This document shows, piece by piece, positions 49,970-60,140 of a stretch of 64,000 nucleotides of DNA (position 1 is the stretch's first letter; each line of letters opens with the position of its first letter). The translations under genes and the position numbers were made by a program. This DNA comes from an uncultured cyanobacterium. GTDB taxonomy: Bacteria; Cyanobacteriota; Cyanobacteriia; CAKZMO01. The stretch is taken from NCBI GenBank assembly GCA_963719515.1, contig CAVRCJ010000007.1:130287-194286 (forward strand). The letters are read 5' to 3'. The notes under the pieces are model-generated. The model had not been told where the DNA came from. It worked only from the letters and a program-made list of their open reading frames with translations, and did no database searches.

Positions 49970-50725
49970 ATGACCACCAAACTAGCAGCGACTCCCTCCA
50001 TAGAATGGGGCAGCGGCGATAAAGCCATTGTGTTTTTGCACTACTACGGCGGGGCGGCGGAGAGCTGGCGATGGGTGGCAGAGCAGCTGTCGGACTATCG
50101 CTGCGTTGCCATCAATCTTCCCGGCTTCGGCGGCACCCACGCTCAAGAACCGCCCTCTATCGAGAGCTATGCCAGCGCCGTCTCCGCCGAGCTTGCGCGG
50201 CTGGGCATCAGCGACTACGCTCTGGTGGGCCACTCCATGGGCGGCAAGATTGCCCTGCAGGTAGCCGTCAGCAGCGATCGCCCCCCGCAGCAGGTCGTGT
50301 TGATCGCCCCCTCGCCCCCCACCCAAGAGCCCATGCCCGAGGAGGAAAAGCAGCGGATGCTCAACAACCACCCCAGCCGAGACAACGCCGAGACGACCCT
50401 CGCCAATGCCGCTAAGCGCGAGCTCAGTGACGAGCAGCGAGAGATCGCTATTCAAACCCATATGGACATCGAAGACGGCCCCTGGCGCTGGTGGCTACGG
50501 GAGGGTATGAACCATTCTATTGCGGACCAGATGGCGCAGATCTCCATCCCGGTGACCGTGCTGGCCTCCAAGGATGACCCTGTAATTGGCTATGATCTCG
50601 TTCAGAGCGACGTGCTGGCCGTGATTCCTGGCGCTAAGGGGGTGGCCATTGAAGGCGTCGGTCACCTGATTCCCCTGGAGGCTCCAGATTGGGTGGCGGC
50701 TCAGCTGCGTCAGGTTGTGCAATAG
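49970..50725 (+). CDS. Alpha/beta hydrolase
   Basis: FLHYYGG, NLPGFG, VGHSMGG, GHLIPLE. Confidence 0.9.
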   Translation: MTTKLAATPSIEWGSGDKAIVFLHYYGGAAESWRWVAEQLSDYRCVAINLPGFGGTHAQEPPSIESYASAVSAELARLGISDYALVGHSMGGKIALQVAVSSDRPPQQVVLIAPSPPTQEPMPEEEKQRMLNNHPSRDNAETTLANAAKRELSDEQREIAIQTHMDIEDGPWRWWLREGMNHSIADQMAQISIPVTVLASKDDPVIGYDLVQSDVLAVIPGAKGVAIEGVGHLIPLEAPDWVAAQLRQVVQ

Positions 50726-50727
50726 GG

Positions 50728-51555
50728 TTACTCCCCCACGCGCAAAACGGCTGCCCCTAGGAAAATACCCAGCTGAGCTACCACAATGCTCGGCCCCGAC
50801 GGCAGGTTAAACAGCGCCGATAGCCCAATCCCTAGCAGCGCACTCACCGCACCTAGTCCCGCAGACAGCACCACATGAGTCGTAAAATTGCGGCTCAAGA
50901 AACGAGCCGCGCAGGCCGGAATCACAATAAACGCGCTCACCAGCAGTACGCCGATCGCCTTAATCGACACCCCCACCACTAGCGACAGCAGCACAATGAA
51001 CGTCCTGCGGTGGGCCGACACCGACACCCCATGAGCAATGGCCATGGGCTCATGCAGGGTGAGCCTCATTTGGGTGCGCAGCGTCAAGGCCATAAACACC
51101 ACACAGCCGCACAGCAGCACCCCGCTACGCACCAAATCGCCCGTCTGTACCGCCAGAATATCGCCAAACAGCAGCCTGTCAATGCTGCCCTTGTACTCCC
51201 CTACCAAACTGAGAATAATGACCGACAGCGCCAGACAGGAGGAGCAAAGAATATTCAGCAGGGCGTCGGTCCACAGCTTAGTGCGCTCTAGCAGGTAGGC
51301 GAAAACCAGCGCAAAGGCGATCGCAAACGGCAGCAGCACCAGCGACGGACTGAGCCCAAACAGCAGCCCCAGGCTAATGCCCAGCAGGGCAGCCTCTCCC
51401 AACGCCTCGCTAAAAAAAGACAGCTCGCGCAGGATAGTGATGCTGCCCATCAATCCCCCCATCAGTCCCGTCAGCACGCCGCCCGCTAAGGCTCGCTGCA
51501 TAAAGGGAAACTGAAACAGCTCGGCAACGCGGACTAGCTCAGCGGAAAGCGTCAT
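50728..51555 (-). CDS. znuB: Zn/Mn ABC transporter permease (ZnuB-like)
   Basis: LLFGDILAV, IGVLLVSAFIVIPA, PSGPSIV. Confidence 0.88.
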   Translation of the reverse strand: MTLSAELVRVAELFQFPFMQRALAGGVLTGLMGGLMGSITILRELSFFSEALGEAALLGISLGLLFGLSPSLVLLPFAIAFALVFAYLLERTKLWTDALLNILCSSCLALSVIILSLVGEYKGSIDRLLFGDILAVQTGDLVRSGVLLCGCVVFMALTLRTQMRLTLHEPMAIAHGVSVSAHRRTFIVLLSLVVGVSIKAIGVLLVSAFIVIPACAARFLSRNFTTHVVLSAGLGAVSALLGIGLSALFNLPSGPSIVVAQLGIFLGAAVLRVGE

Positions 51556-52331
51556 GGCTGACCCCGGTCGCAGGCGTGGCGGTAGCGGGTGAACCCCGCC
51601 CCGTAGGTGACCAGCAAATTCTCGTCAGCCAGGGCAACGTCGGGGGTGCCTTGACAATGGATGGTGTGATTCAGGCAAATAACGCGATCGCAGTTGCGCC
51701 GCACCATGTCTAAGTCATGAGAAATTTGCAGGATGGTCCAGCCCTGCTCGCCTTTGAGCTGGCCCAGCAGCCGGTAAAACTCCTCCTCGCCCCGCATGTC
51801 GAGCCCGGCAGGGGCTTCATCTAAGATGAGTAGGCGACGGGGCCGTACCAGACAGTAGGCCAGCAGCACCCGCTTGGTTTCTCCCCCCGATAGGCTGCTG
51901 ATCATCTGCCGCCGCAGGCCCCAAGCATCGACGCGATCGAGGGCCTGCCGCACGGCGTGGCGACGGGGCTTATAGCCGGCCCAAGGCAACCGCAAGCCGA
52001 TAGGATCCCACCCCAAACTCACCACCTCTTCCACCGTCATTGGAATGCGGCGATCGACTAAAAAGCTCTGAGGTAGGTAAGCGATTTGCTGTCGCACCTG
52101 GGGCGCGAGCTGGCCCGATCGGGTGAGCGCGTGACCCAAAATAGAGACGCGCCCGGCCTGGTGAGGCAAAATTCCCAGCAGCGCCTGCACCAGCGTGCTC
52201 TTTCCTGCGCCATTGGGGCCGATGATGGCGTTGTCGGTACCCGCCGCCAGGGTAAACGAGACGTCTTGAATGGCGGCGTAGGCGTCTCGATATACGGTGA
52301 GGGCTTCAGCGGTGACAACAGACTCTCTCAA
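51552..52331 (-). CDS. znuC: Zn/Mn ABC transporter ATPase (ZnuC-like)
   Basis: GPNGAGKS, LSGGE, LDEA, SHDL, ICLN. Confidence 0.9.
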   Translation of the reverse strand: MRESVVTAEALTVYRDAYAAIQDVSFTLAAGTDNAIIGPNGAGKSTLVQALLGILPHQAGRVSILGHALTRSGQLAPQVRQQIAYLPQSFLVDRRIPMTVEEVVSLGWDPIGLRLPWAGYKPRRHAVRQALDRVDAWGLRRQMISSLSGGETKRVLLAYCLVRPRRLLILDEAPAGLDMRGEEEFYRLLGQLKGEQGWTILQISHDLDMVRRNCDRVICLNHTIHCQGTPDVALADENLLVTYGAGFTRYRHACDRGQP

Positions 52332-52419
52332 TTGGGGCCTCTGGGTTCGGTAACTGGTGTGGTATTGCGACGGGTTTGACGGGCGGGCGGGACGGGTGTT
52401 TTCGGGCCCGGCCCTGTCT

Positions 52420-53394
52420 CTACGGCCGGGTCAACGCGGCTTCTATGCTGTCAACGTTTTGGCGCATTGTGAATAGATAGGCTTCAGGGTCGGTAGAATT
52501 CCCCGTTTCCATTGGGTCAAATAGACCCACCGCCACGTCTAAATCTTTGGCCAATGCCGCAAACGCATCTCCTGCCTGCGGTTCACTCAGCAGGACTTTA
52601 ATGCTTTCAGTCTCGACTGCTTCAATGACGGTGCGCACGTCCTCCGGCGACGGATTTTCTTCTGGAACGTCCACTAAAAACTTGGCGTTTAGGCTATAGC
52701 TATCGGCGAAGTAGCCCGTAACGTCGTGAAACGAAATATAGGTTTGCCCGCTGTAGGGAGCCAGCTTTTCTGCAATATCTTGGTCTAGCGCCTGGAGCCT
52801 TTCTATATAAGCTTTGGCATTGTCGGCGTATTCGGCTTCTCCTTCGGGGTCAGCTGCGATTAGGCCTTCTCGAATGGTTTCCACCTGAGCCACTGCCCGT
52901 TTAGGATCGAGCCAGATGTGGGGGTCGACGTCGTGGTCATGGAGGCCGCCGTGGTCATCAACGCCGTCAAGGGTAGGGATACCCTCGCTAGAATCAATCA
53001 TCACCAGATCCGGATTACCGGCGTTTGCGACTAGGCTATCTAAGAACGTCTCTAGCCCTAGCCCATTGAGCACCAGGACATCAGCCGTGGCGATCGCCTG
53101 CACTTCGGCGGGTTTAGCCTGATAGTCGTGGGGGCCGGCGCTGTTGGGCAGGAGCTGAGTGACCTGCGCCCGATCGCCTGCCACCGCTTGGGTGAACTGG
53201 GTGATTGGAAAGAAGGTGGTGATCACCTGAAGCTCGCCCTCGGAGTTGGGGTTCTCTCCAGGAGCAGGTGTCGAGCTGCAGGCCCCTAAGGTAAGGGCGA
53301 TCGCCGCTAGGCTGCCCCACCGGCAGACGAACTGCAGGCGAGCGCCAGGGGCTTTATGGTGCTGGGAACGACCGGAGGGTGTAGGTGAGGACAT
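52420..53394 (-). CDS. znuA: Zn ABC substrate-binding lipoprotein (ZnuA-like)
   Basis: LGAC lipobox, GPHDY, short His loop DDHGGLHDHD, DPHIWLDP, SFHD. Confidence 0.88.
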   Translation of the reverse strand: MSSPTPSGRSQHHKAPGARLQFVCRWGSLAAIALTLGACSSTPAPGENPNSEGELQVITTFFPITQFTQAVAGDRAQVTQLLPNSAGPHDYQAKPAEVQAIATADVLVLNGLGLETFLDSLVANAGNPDLVMIDSSEGIPTLDGVDDHGGLHDHDVDPHIWLDPKRAVAQVETIREGLIAADPEGEAEYADNAKAYIERLQALDQDIAEKLAPYSGQTYISFHDVTGYFADSYSLNAKFLVDVPEENPSPEDVRTVIEAVETESIKVLLSEPQAGDAFAALAKDLDVAVGLFDPMETGNSTDPEAYLFTMRQNVDSIEAALTRP

Positions 53395-53469
53395 CGTTAA
53401 TCTGCTGGCGCTGATCTATTGGCGCTGTGTGACTGCTATTCGGGTAATACTCGAGGAATCGCGATTGCG

Positions 53470-53488
53470 TGAGAATGATTATCATTCT
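53470..53488. promoter_or_regulatory. Zur box
   Basis: TGAGAATGATTATCA is one mismatch from the cyanobacterial Zur consensus TGATAATNATTATCA; overlapping 8-1-8 palindrome AGAATGAT-T-ATCATTCT. Confidence 0.8.
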
Positions 53489-53559
53489 ACATGATTTGCA
53501 AGAGTACCGTGCAGCAGCGTCCGTCTTCACACAGCTATGTTTCATACTCCGTAATGTTT

Positions 53560-53601
53560 GACGCAGCGTCTTTTGACACCTCCCCATCTGTTGATCATGA
53601 T
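53560..53601 (+). promoter_or_regulatory. PetR box (GAC-N5-GTC) abutting a putative petJ promoter
   Basis: GACgcagcGTC 53560-53570; TTGACA 53573-53578; CATGAT 53596-53601 (17-bp spacer). Confidence 0.65.
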
Positions 53602-53640
53602 GAGAGGAGATTCTCCAAATTTTAGTAGCAGGAGTATATT

Positions 53641-53967
53641 TTGGAACGACTACTGTCAGCAATTTTAGCGATCGCGATCGCCTTGTTCAGCGTGGCCCCA
53701 GCAGCAGCTGTAGAGCTGAAGGAGGGAGCCAAGGTGTTTTCCAATAACTGTGCCTCCTGTCACATCGGCGGCAACAATGTCGTCAACCGCGCTAAGACCC
53801 TAAAGCAGGGAGACCTGGAAAAGTATGACATGGCGTCCTTAGCGGCGATCAAATCTCAAGTGACCAACGGGAAGCTGGCTATGCCAGCCTTTAAAGGCCG
53901 TTTGAGTGAGGATCAAATCGAGAATGTTGCCGCTTACGTATTGGACCAGGCAGAAAAGGGCTGGTAA
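53641..53967 (+). CDS. petJ: Cytochrome c6
   Basis: Signal peptide, [30 protein letters not shown] start with AGGAG upstream. Confidence 0.95.
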   Translation: MERLLSAILAIAIALFSVAPAAAVELKEGAKVFSNNCASCHIGGNNVVNRAKTLKQGDLEKYDMASLAAIKSQVTNGKLAMPAFKGRLSEDQIENVAAYVLDQAEKGW

Positions 53968-54067
53968 TCCAGCGAATGTGCCCTCGGAATTTGGCGCGCC
54001 AATCCCAGAGAAACCTTTTTTGCCGGTTTTCTTCTCTTAATGCATAAGTAAGGGTTCGGACGCTTCT

Positions 54068-54982
54068 ATGATCAATCGACAAAATTGCGCCGCCATCTTG
54101 AGCACAGCGATAGTGCTGTTGTTTCTCCTGACGGGAGCGCCCGCGAAAGCTGAGACTGCTCTAAGCCAATTCGATCAGGGCGTCGAAGCATATCAACAGC
54201 ACGACTATTCCCGCGCGATCGCTGCCTTCACGCAGGTTATCGAGCGGAGCGGCGAGCAGGACCGGGGGCCCTCAAAGCCGCTGGCCGCTGCCTATGGTAA
54301 CCGCTGCTTGATCGAGCTAGAGCTTGCAGCCTACCGGCAGGCAATCGCCGACTGTACCCATGGTCTCCAGCTTAGTCCCGCCAATACCGAGGCGTACCTC
54401 AACCGGGGGCTTGCCTACTACCGAGTCAACGACTATACCGCCGCCATCGGAGACTACAATCAACGGCTCAACCAGGTTTCAGGCGACTACCGCGCCCTTT
54501 ACAACCGCGGGCTCGCGCAGGCGGGACTGCACCACTATTCACAGGCGATCGCAGACTATACCCAGTCGATAGAACTGACCCCCGATATCCAGCCGGTCCA
54601 TAGAGCCCAGGTCTACGCCGACCGGGGCCTCATTCATCTACAGCTTGAGCGCTACGATGAAGCGGTTTCGGACTTTTCCCAGGCGATTGGCTACGACGAT
54701 GCGGCCATTGAAGCTTACTGCAACCGGGCCTACGCGCTGCATGGGCTGCACAACGATACTGCCGCGCTCAAAGACCTGCACCGAGTTTTGGCCCTCGATC
54801 CCACCCACGCCAAAACCTACTTCAATCTGGGAATACTGCGCTATCACATTGGTCAGAGAGAGGCCGCGATCGCCAGTTTTGAGCAAGCGGCCTATCACTT
54901 CTTTAGCCAAAATGACGACAGCGGCTATGCTAAAGCGATGACAATTCTCAATCAGCTACAGCTTTCCACTGCCCTTGGCTAG
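54068..54982 (+). CDS. Exported TPR-repeat protein
   Basis: Signal peptide then repeated AYxNRG...AIxDYxQAI units. Confidence 0.9.
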   Translation: MINRQNCAAILSTAIVLLFLLTGAPAKAETALSQFDQGVEAYQQHDYSRAIAAFTQVIERSGEQDRGPSKPLAAAYGNRCLIELELAAYRQAIADCTHGLQLSPANTEAYLNRGLAYYRVNDYTAAIGDYNQRLNQVSGDYRALYNRGLAQAGLHHYSQAIADYTQSIELTPDIQPVHRAQVYADRGLIHLQLERYDEAVSDFSQAIGYDDAAIEAYCNRAYALHGLHNDTAALKDLHRVLALDPTHAKTYFNLGILRYHIGQREAAIASFEQAAYHFFSQNDDSGYAKAMTILNQLQLSTALG

Positions 54983-55067
54983 CTCGCTTCTTCATTCCCG
55001 GCTCTTGCCGCCGCTTTCTTCACAGTTGTCTCACTAAGTTCGGTTTGCCGCCCGGACCTGCCGCCTC

Positions 55068-55493
55068 ATGTCTCCCTTACCGCACTATCAGCCCAAACAG
55101 CTCTCTCTAGGGACCCTAGAAGCCGAGATTGTAGAAATCCTCTGGTCTTTGGGCTCTGCCACCGCTCAACAGGTTCATCGTCACATTTTGTCTGACCCCT
55201 CCAGGGAGCTGGCTTATGGGTCGGTCATGACGGTTTTGGGACGTCTGGAGAAAAAGGGCTGGCTGGCCTGCGATCGCGAAGGGCGGGCCTTTGTATGGAC
55301 ACCTCTCGTCTCTCAGCAAGCGGCCCAAATTTTGGAAACCCACAATCGCCTGCAGACCTTTTTAGCGGTCGGAAATCCTGACGTTGTTGCGGCCTTTGCA
55401 GACAGCCTAGATACCGATAGCATTGAACAACTTGAAGCAATCGCGGAGCGCCTCAAGGCGGTGCGAGAAAATCGGGGGGAACCATGCACTTAG
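55068..55493 (+). CDS. petR: BlaI/CopY-family regulator PetR
   Basis: PKQLSLGTLEAEI, ELAYGSVMTVLGRLEKKGW, FLAVGNPDVVAAFADSLD; near petJ, overlaps M56 gene. Confidence 0.8.
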   Translation: MSPLPHYQPKQLSLGTLEAEIVEILWSLGSATAQQVHRHILSDPSRELAYGSVMTVLGRLEKKGWLACDREGRAFVWTPLVSQQAAQILETHNRLQTFLAVGNPDVVAAFADSLDTDSIEQLEAIAERLKAVRENRGEPCT

Positions 55494-56344
55494 CCCTATT
55501 CGTCGTGGTCATCGGCACAACCGTTGCCGGTAGGCTACGGTGGCACCAGCACAACGCGGATCACCGGTGGCAGATAGCCCTCGCGACATTCTTGCTGCCG
55601 CCCCTCTGTCTGATGACGACAGCGGGGGCCGTGCTTTTTATGGGCAACAATGGTCAGATGCTGGGTCACCCTGTGGGAAATCTAGGCTACCTGACGGCAG
55701 CTGGTTTCTTTAGCCTTGCTGTGGGGCAATTAGGGCTGTCTGCCTGGCAGGGATGGCGATCGCTGCGAACGGTGCGATCGCTGCCCCAGATGACGCTTGA
55801 GGGCTATGTCTGTCGTCAGCTCGACATCGAGATTCCGTTTGCGGCGCAAATCGGCTTTTGGACCCCAACTTTAGTGGTCAGTCGAGGGCTGGTAGAGACG
55901 CTTACCCCCCAACACCTCAGGGCTGTGCTCATCCACGAGCAGGCCCATGCGCTTCACCGCGATACTTTCTGGTTCTTTTGTTTAGGATGGCTGCGGCAGG
56001 TGACGCGCTGGCTCCCCCAAACCGCTGGCCTTTGGCAAGAGCTACTTCTGCTTCGGGAGCTGCGAGCCGATGCCTGGGCCGCTCGCCGCGTCGACGCCAT
56101 TTTGCTAGCGGAAGCGCTGCTAACCGTGGTTCAGCATCACGCCGCTAGCAGCTCCCCCAAAATGCCTGATAGCTTTTGTGCCCCATTCGATGCTCCTGAG
56201 CCGAGCCGATTAGCAGAGCGGATTGCGGCGCTGATCGACCAAGCTGAAGCATCAGAGCGGCGCTCTTGGGTCAGAGCCTGGACTCCTTACGGAATTGCGG
56301 CAGCGGCACTGATGCCCGTTTTGACAATTTTTCTACACCGCTAA
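55484..56344 (+). CDS. petP: BlaR/M56-type membrane metalloprotease PetP
   Basis: TM helices, HEQAH, LLRELRAD. Confidence 0.8.
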   Translation: MHLALFVVVIGTTVAGRLRWHQHNADHRWQIALATFLLPPLCLMTTAGAVLFMGNNGQMLGHPVGNLGYLTAAGFFSLAVGQLGLSAWQGWRSLRTVRSLPQMTLEGYVCRQLDIEIPFAAQIGFWTPTLVVSRGLVETLTPQHLRAVLIHEQAHALHRDTFWFFCLGWLRQVTRWLPQTAGLWQELLLLRELRADAWAARRVDAILLAEALLTVVQHHAASSSPKMPDSFCAPFDAPEPSRLAERIAALIDQAEASERRSWVRAWTPYGIAAAALMPVLTIFLHR

Positions 56345-56719
56345 GCTTTCGGTGGCCCCGAACTTTCTGTCTCTCGGGAGATAGCTACTTTTCACATTGT
56401 TGCTGATGGGGCGAGAGGGGATGTGTTGGGCGCGGGCCTGTTGAGAGCCCGCGTGCTAGGAGCAGACGTGTTGGTAGGAGCAGACGACAAAGGGCGATCG
56501 CTATAGAAAGTGACCGTCATCGTGCGATATCAAGGGTCGCTGACTCAGAGCAGCATTCTTGCTTAAAAACGCTTGAGTAACCTACCGGTTGAGCCTACAA
56601 ATAACCAATAGCGTATTACATGCAAACCACGCGCCGATGCCGACAAGTAAAGGGCCGTAAGCAATGTGGCTGGAAGCCGCGCTTCATGTAGGAGCGTCCG
56701 GTCTGGAATTGGATTTTCT

Positions 56720-56922
56720 GGGACCATGTCACTTTTGAGCCCACTTGCAGAGAAGCCGCTACGCGTCTACACCCTCAGTCCCTCTCTGCAGAATTGGGAG
56801 AGGACCTTGAATTCCTTGCTCCCCCTTCTCCCAAAGCTGAGAAAAGGGGCTGGGGGATGTAGAGCTTTGCTCTCCTCGAAGAGTAGGATTTTCTGCGTCA
56901 TTTGCGAAAGTGACGTGCTCCC
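56720..56922. mobile_element. MITE-3 (degenerate ~18-bp TIR, 8-bp TSD GATTTTCT)
   Basis: gggaccatgtcacttttg / cgaaagtgacgtgctccc; GATTTTCT at 56712-56719 and 56923-56930; internal CCCCTTCTC..GAGAAAAGGGG hairpin. Confidence 0.7.
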
Positions 56923-57084
56923 GATTTTCTCGTGGTCACCCAGTTATGTACTAAGATTAAATATCAAAGAAGGATGGCAATTATCCTTTTCCTGGTATCG
57001 GTTTAAAACTATCATTTTAGACAAGATCCTCTTTTGCGCATAGCGCTCAGATCTTATACATATTAAAAGGGGCTCAAGAGAGAC

Positions 57085-57435
57085 ATGACTAAACCTCTAA
57101 CCGGCAAAGCATTACTTCAAAAAGTAGAAACGCTGTCGCATCTATCCAAACGAGAGACCGCCCGCGAATGTGGCTACACCAGCATTAACGGCCGTGGCCA
57201 AGAAAAGACAAATCTGTCTGAATTCTACGATGCTTTATTAGAAGCAAAGGGAATTCAGCTAGAGCCCGACAAGCAGGCTGACAAACGCGGTCGTGAGGCG
57301 GATTTTCGCGCCAGGGTGCAGAAGAATGGTCAGATTGTAATCGGCTCGTCCTACACTGAGAAAATGAATCTCAATCCTGGTGATGAGTTTGAGGTCAAGC
57401 TGGGATACAAACACATTCACCTCAACGCACTCTAA
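57085..57435 (+). CDS. Cyanobacterial AbrB-like regulator (cyAbrB)
   Basis: LTGKALLQKV, ETARECGY, VQKNGQIVIGSSYT, GDEFEVKLGYKHIHL. Confidence 0.92.
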   Translation: MTKPLTGKALLQKVETLSHLSKRETARECGYTSINGRGQEKTNLSEFYDALLEAKGIQLEPDKQADKRGREADFRARVQKNGQIVIGSSYTEKMNLNPGDEFEVKLGYKHIHLNAL

Positions 57436-57582
57436 GGCTATTCGCCGGATCTACAGCCTCCAATCGTTTCGGGTGACCGGAGTTTTCCTTAAGCGAAGAT
57501 TCTTGCCGCCCGAAGCCAGACCTTTTTTGATACGGTGCGGCTTTATTGCGTAAGATATAGGCACTGAACTCGACCTTTATCT

Positions 57583-57810
57583 ATGGATCCTCTAACCCTG
57601 ACGTTTGATCTCGCCGCTGCGATCGGCGGGCTCTATCTAGCTATTGGGCTTGCTCTACACCTCATTTCTGCCTGGAAGGACTGTGCCCTTACTTCAGCTG
57701 CCGCAGTTCCCGTTGCAGCTTCTCGCGCTTCTGATGAGTCTGCACCTTTGCGAAGCCGGCAGCGCGGGCGCTCCTTGCCTGAGTGGGACCAAAGCTTAGG
57801 GCTGACCTAG
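57583..57810 (+). CDS. Small hypothetical membrane protein
   Basis: Single hydrophobic helix; stop abuts the convergent gene. Confidence 0.4.
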   Translation: MDPLTLTFDLAAAIGGLYLAIGLALHLISAWKDCALTSAAAVPVAASRASDESAPLRSRQRGRSLPEWDQSLGLT

Positions 57811-57812
57811 GA

Positions 57813-60140
57813 CTAAGAGCGAGCGATCGTCTCTAATATAGGGTCTTCGGTATCGCGATCGCTTTCGGAGGGTTGGAGGTCTGTGCCATAGCGGCTGCAC
57901 AGGAGCTCTGTAGGGTTCCATGGGCTAAACCAGTAGAGATCATGGGCGATCGCTGTCGGCGGGTCGTCTCCTTCAGGAAAGCTCACCATGCCCATATTGT
58001 TGACGCCAACGACCTCAGCGCCATTTTGAACCCACCGCGATCGCAGAAGCCGCTGCCACAAACTTAGCGCCCAGCGTCGCCACGCTCCCACGTTGAGGTC
58101 AGGGTTTCTGAAGTCATCTACTTTACAACTAACCTGACGAACCTGCTGCCGCGACAGCCACTCGAGGTGGCACCACCAGTCAGGCTGTTGTCGTGACGCC
58201 AGATCTGGGGTTGACTCTAAGAGTCGATGCAGAGGGCTACGCTTGATCTCAGTCATTGTTTTGGGGTGATTCCACCCTGCCCAGTGACGATCGCGCTCTG
58301 GCAGGAGCCAAGACTTTAGCCGGCTTTGAACGAGGCGGGTCTGGGCTTCTTCGTTCTTAAAGCTGCTGCAGGTCAGCTGCACCAGGAGGCTAGGACGGTG
58401 GGCAGCGGCAGCAGGTTGATAGGTCAGGCGCACCGATGAACTGTAGTGAATGTCGCCGGAGAGAATGACCACCTGCTGTCGGTGCTCCGCTAGGGTCGTT
58501 ATCAGCTTGGCGAGTGCTTCCATGTTGACGGTCCAAGCGTCTCCCACATCGGTATTGAACACCCTATGGTTATTCAGCTGCCGGTGATGAACCCAGTCGA
58601 TTACCTTTAGGTGAAACAGGTTAGTGGGAGCGACGACAAAGGTCACCTTTGAGGTGCAGCGCGCCAGCGGACGCGCCAGCTGCTCCTCGAAAGCCGCCGG
58701 GCTCAGCAGCTGGGTTGGGGTGATGGGAGATTCGTCTATTAAAAACCCGCGATACAGCCGCGTGTCCAAGAGGATAACGGTGTGGCTATGGCTCTCGATG
58801 ACGGTGTACCAATCAATCGCTTCGGGCGATCGCTCAAGGCACTGCAGCCCCTCTCCCACCTCTATGAAATGGGGCAGCCCCGTCTCTGGATCATAGGCGG
58901 GCATGCCCACATAGCGAGCGATCGCTTCATGGACCTCTAGGTCTTGTCCTTCAGACTGGGTCCAGTCTTCTGTGGCCTTCAGCAAAGCGTGGGCGGGCCC
59001 CCACTCAAACTGCGCCGGACAGTTTCCCCAACCCTGAAATAGAGCGTAGGCATGGAGAGCGTTTTGTACCGTCCACCGGCCTAGAGGTTTACTGAGCGCT
59101 CGCACACACCACGCCTGGTTCAAGTTCCAGTCATCACTGACGTCGTGGTCATCAAAAATCATATAGCTGGCTACATTCGCCAGCGCTCGCTGAACCCGCC
59201 ACAGCGTAGCCCTGAACTGCTGGAGGGATTGAGTATCCCGCTGCCAGCGGCGAACCTCGCTGCGATCTAGGCCGTCGTGGGGCAGCGGCAGGCTAGCGGG
59301 CCAGCAGTTGGGAGACCACATCATTAGGTACAGCGCACAAAACTCCCCCAAACTAAAGAGGTGGCTGGTCACCCGAGGGCGCTTTTCCCGGAGCCCACCG
59401 GTAAAGCCCGCCGTCCGCGTTGCCGTCTCGGCCCGCCGCCCCGGCAGCAGCGCCTCAGGCGAGTAGTAGTCTACATCAGACGCTTGGGGTCCCAACGGCA
59501 GCGCCTCCGTCCAGCCCAGCAGGGCGTTGCCAAAGGGGCTGCACATTGCCAGCATGACGTCTGCCACGTCATCCGCGTAGATCTGGTCCCCGGTGTGAAA
59601 AAGCTGGTGGGGCCGGTGGTAAGGAGACGCGGCGGTTTTCTCAATCAGCTGGTCGAGGATAGGCAGCGTGTCGAGGCCCTCTCCGTGGGCCTTACGGCAA
59701 GACCCATGGGCAATTTGCAGGTGATTGAGCTGGCTTGGCGACAGGGCAAACGTGGGGCGCTGATGGTCGAAGTAGCTAATAGTCTTCCCAGCGCCTAGGG
59801 CCTGGAGCAAAGACTGGGGAGGGTGGCCATCTTGGGGAATGAACCGCAGATCGTAGGCGTAGAGGCGATCGCTCTGCAGTGAGGCGGTAAGAGGATGGGC
59901 GGTGATCACGGCCATATGGAGCGATCGCCCGACTTGCCTCGTGGTTGCCTGACCCGCCATTTGTGGTTCACCGACCCGAGCGCCGCGATTGGCCGTTGTA
60001 TAGATAGTTAGCTCTACCGTGCAGGGGCGCTTGAGAGCAACCCAGACTGAAACCGTTTCAAACGCAGCGTGCCGTAGAATTGGCCCCGCCAAGACCAGCG
60101 GACAAGTTTGAAGATGCTGGTACCAGTCAAAATAGGTCAT
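57813..60140 (-). CDS. PhoD-like metallophosphatase
   Basis: LAGPILR, HGSCRK, GDQIYADD, IFDDHDVSDDW, LDTR, LSGDIH. Confidence 0.88.
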   Translation of the reverse strand: MTYFDWYQHLQTCPLVLAGPILRHAAFETVSVWVALKRPCTVELTIYTTANRGARVGEPQMAGQATTRQVGRSLHMAVITAHPLTASLQSDRLYAYDLRFIPQDGHPPQSLLQALGAGKTISYFDHQRPTFALSPSQLNHLQIAHGSCRKAHGEGLDTLPILDQLIEKTAASPYHRPHQLFHTGDQIYADDVADVMLAMCSPFGNALLGWTEALPLGPQASDVDYYSPEALLPGRRAETATRTAGFTGGLREKRPRVTSHLFSLGEFCALYLMMWSPNCWPASLPLPHDGLDRSEVRRWQRDTQSLQQFRATLWRVQRALANVASYMIFDDHDVSDDWNLNQAWCVRALSKPLGRWTVQNALHAYALFQGWGNCPAQFEWGPAHALLKATEDWTQSEGQDLEVHEAIARYVGMPAYDPETGLPHFIEVGEGLQCLERSPEAIDWYTVIESHSHTVILLDTRLYRGFLIDESPITPTQLLSPAAFEEQLARPLARCTSKVTFVVAPTNLFHLKVIDWVHHRQLNNHRVFNTDVGDAWTVNMEALAKLITTLAEHRQQVVILSGDIHYSSSVRLTYQPAAAAHRPSLLVQLTCSSFKNEEAQTRLVQSRLKSWLLPERDRHWAGWNHPKTMTEIKRSPLHRLLESTPDLASRQQPDWWCHLEWLSRQQVRQVSCKVDDFRNPDLNVGAWRRWALSLWQRLLRSRWVQNGAEVVGVNNMGMVSFPEGDDPPTAIAHDLYWFSPWNPTELLCSRYGTDLQPSESDRDTEDPILETIARS

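Noticed and set aside
56666..57043. 125-aa ORF
   Set aside because: Spans MITE-3; no protein-like motifs.
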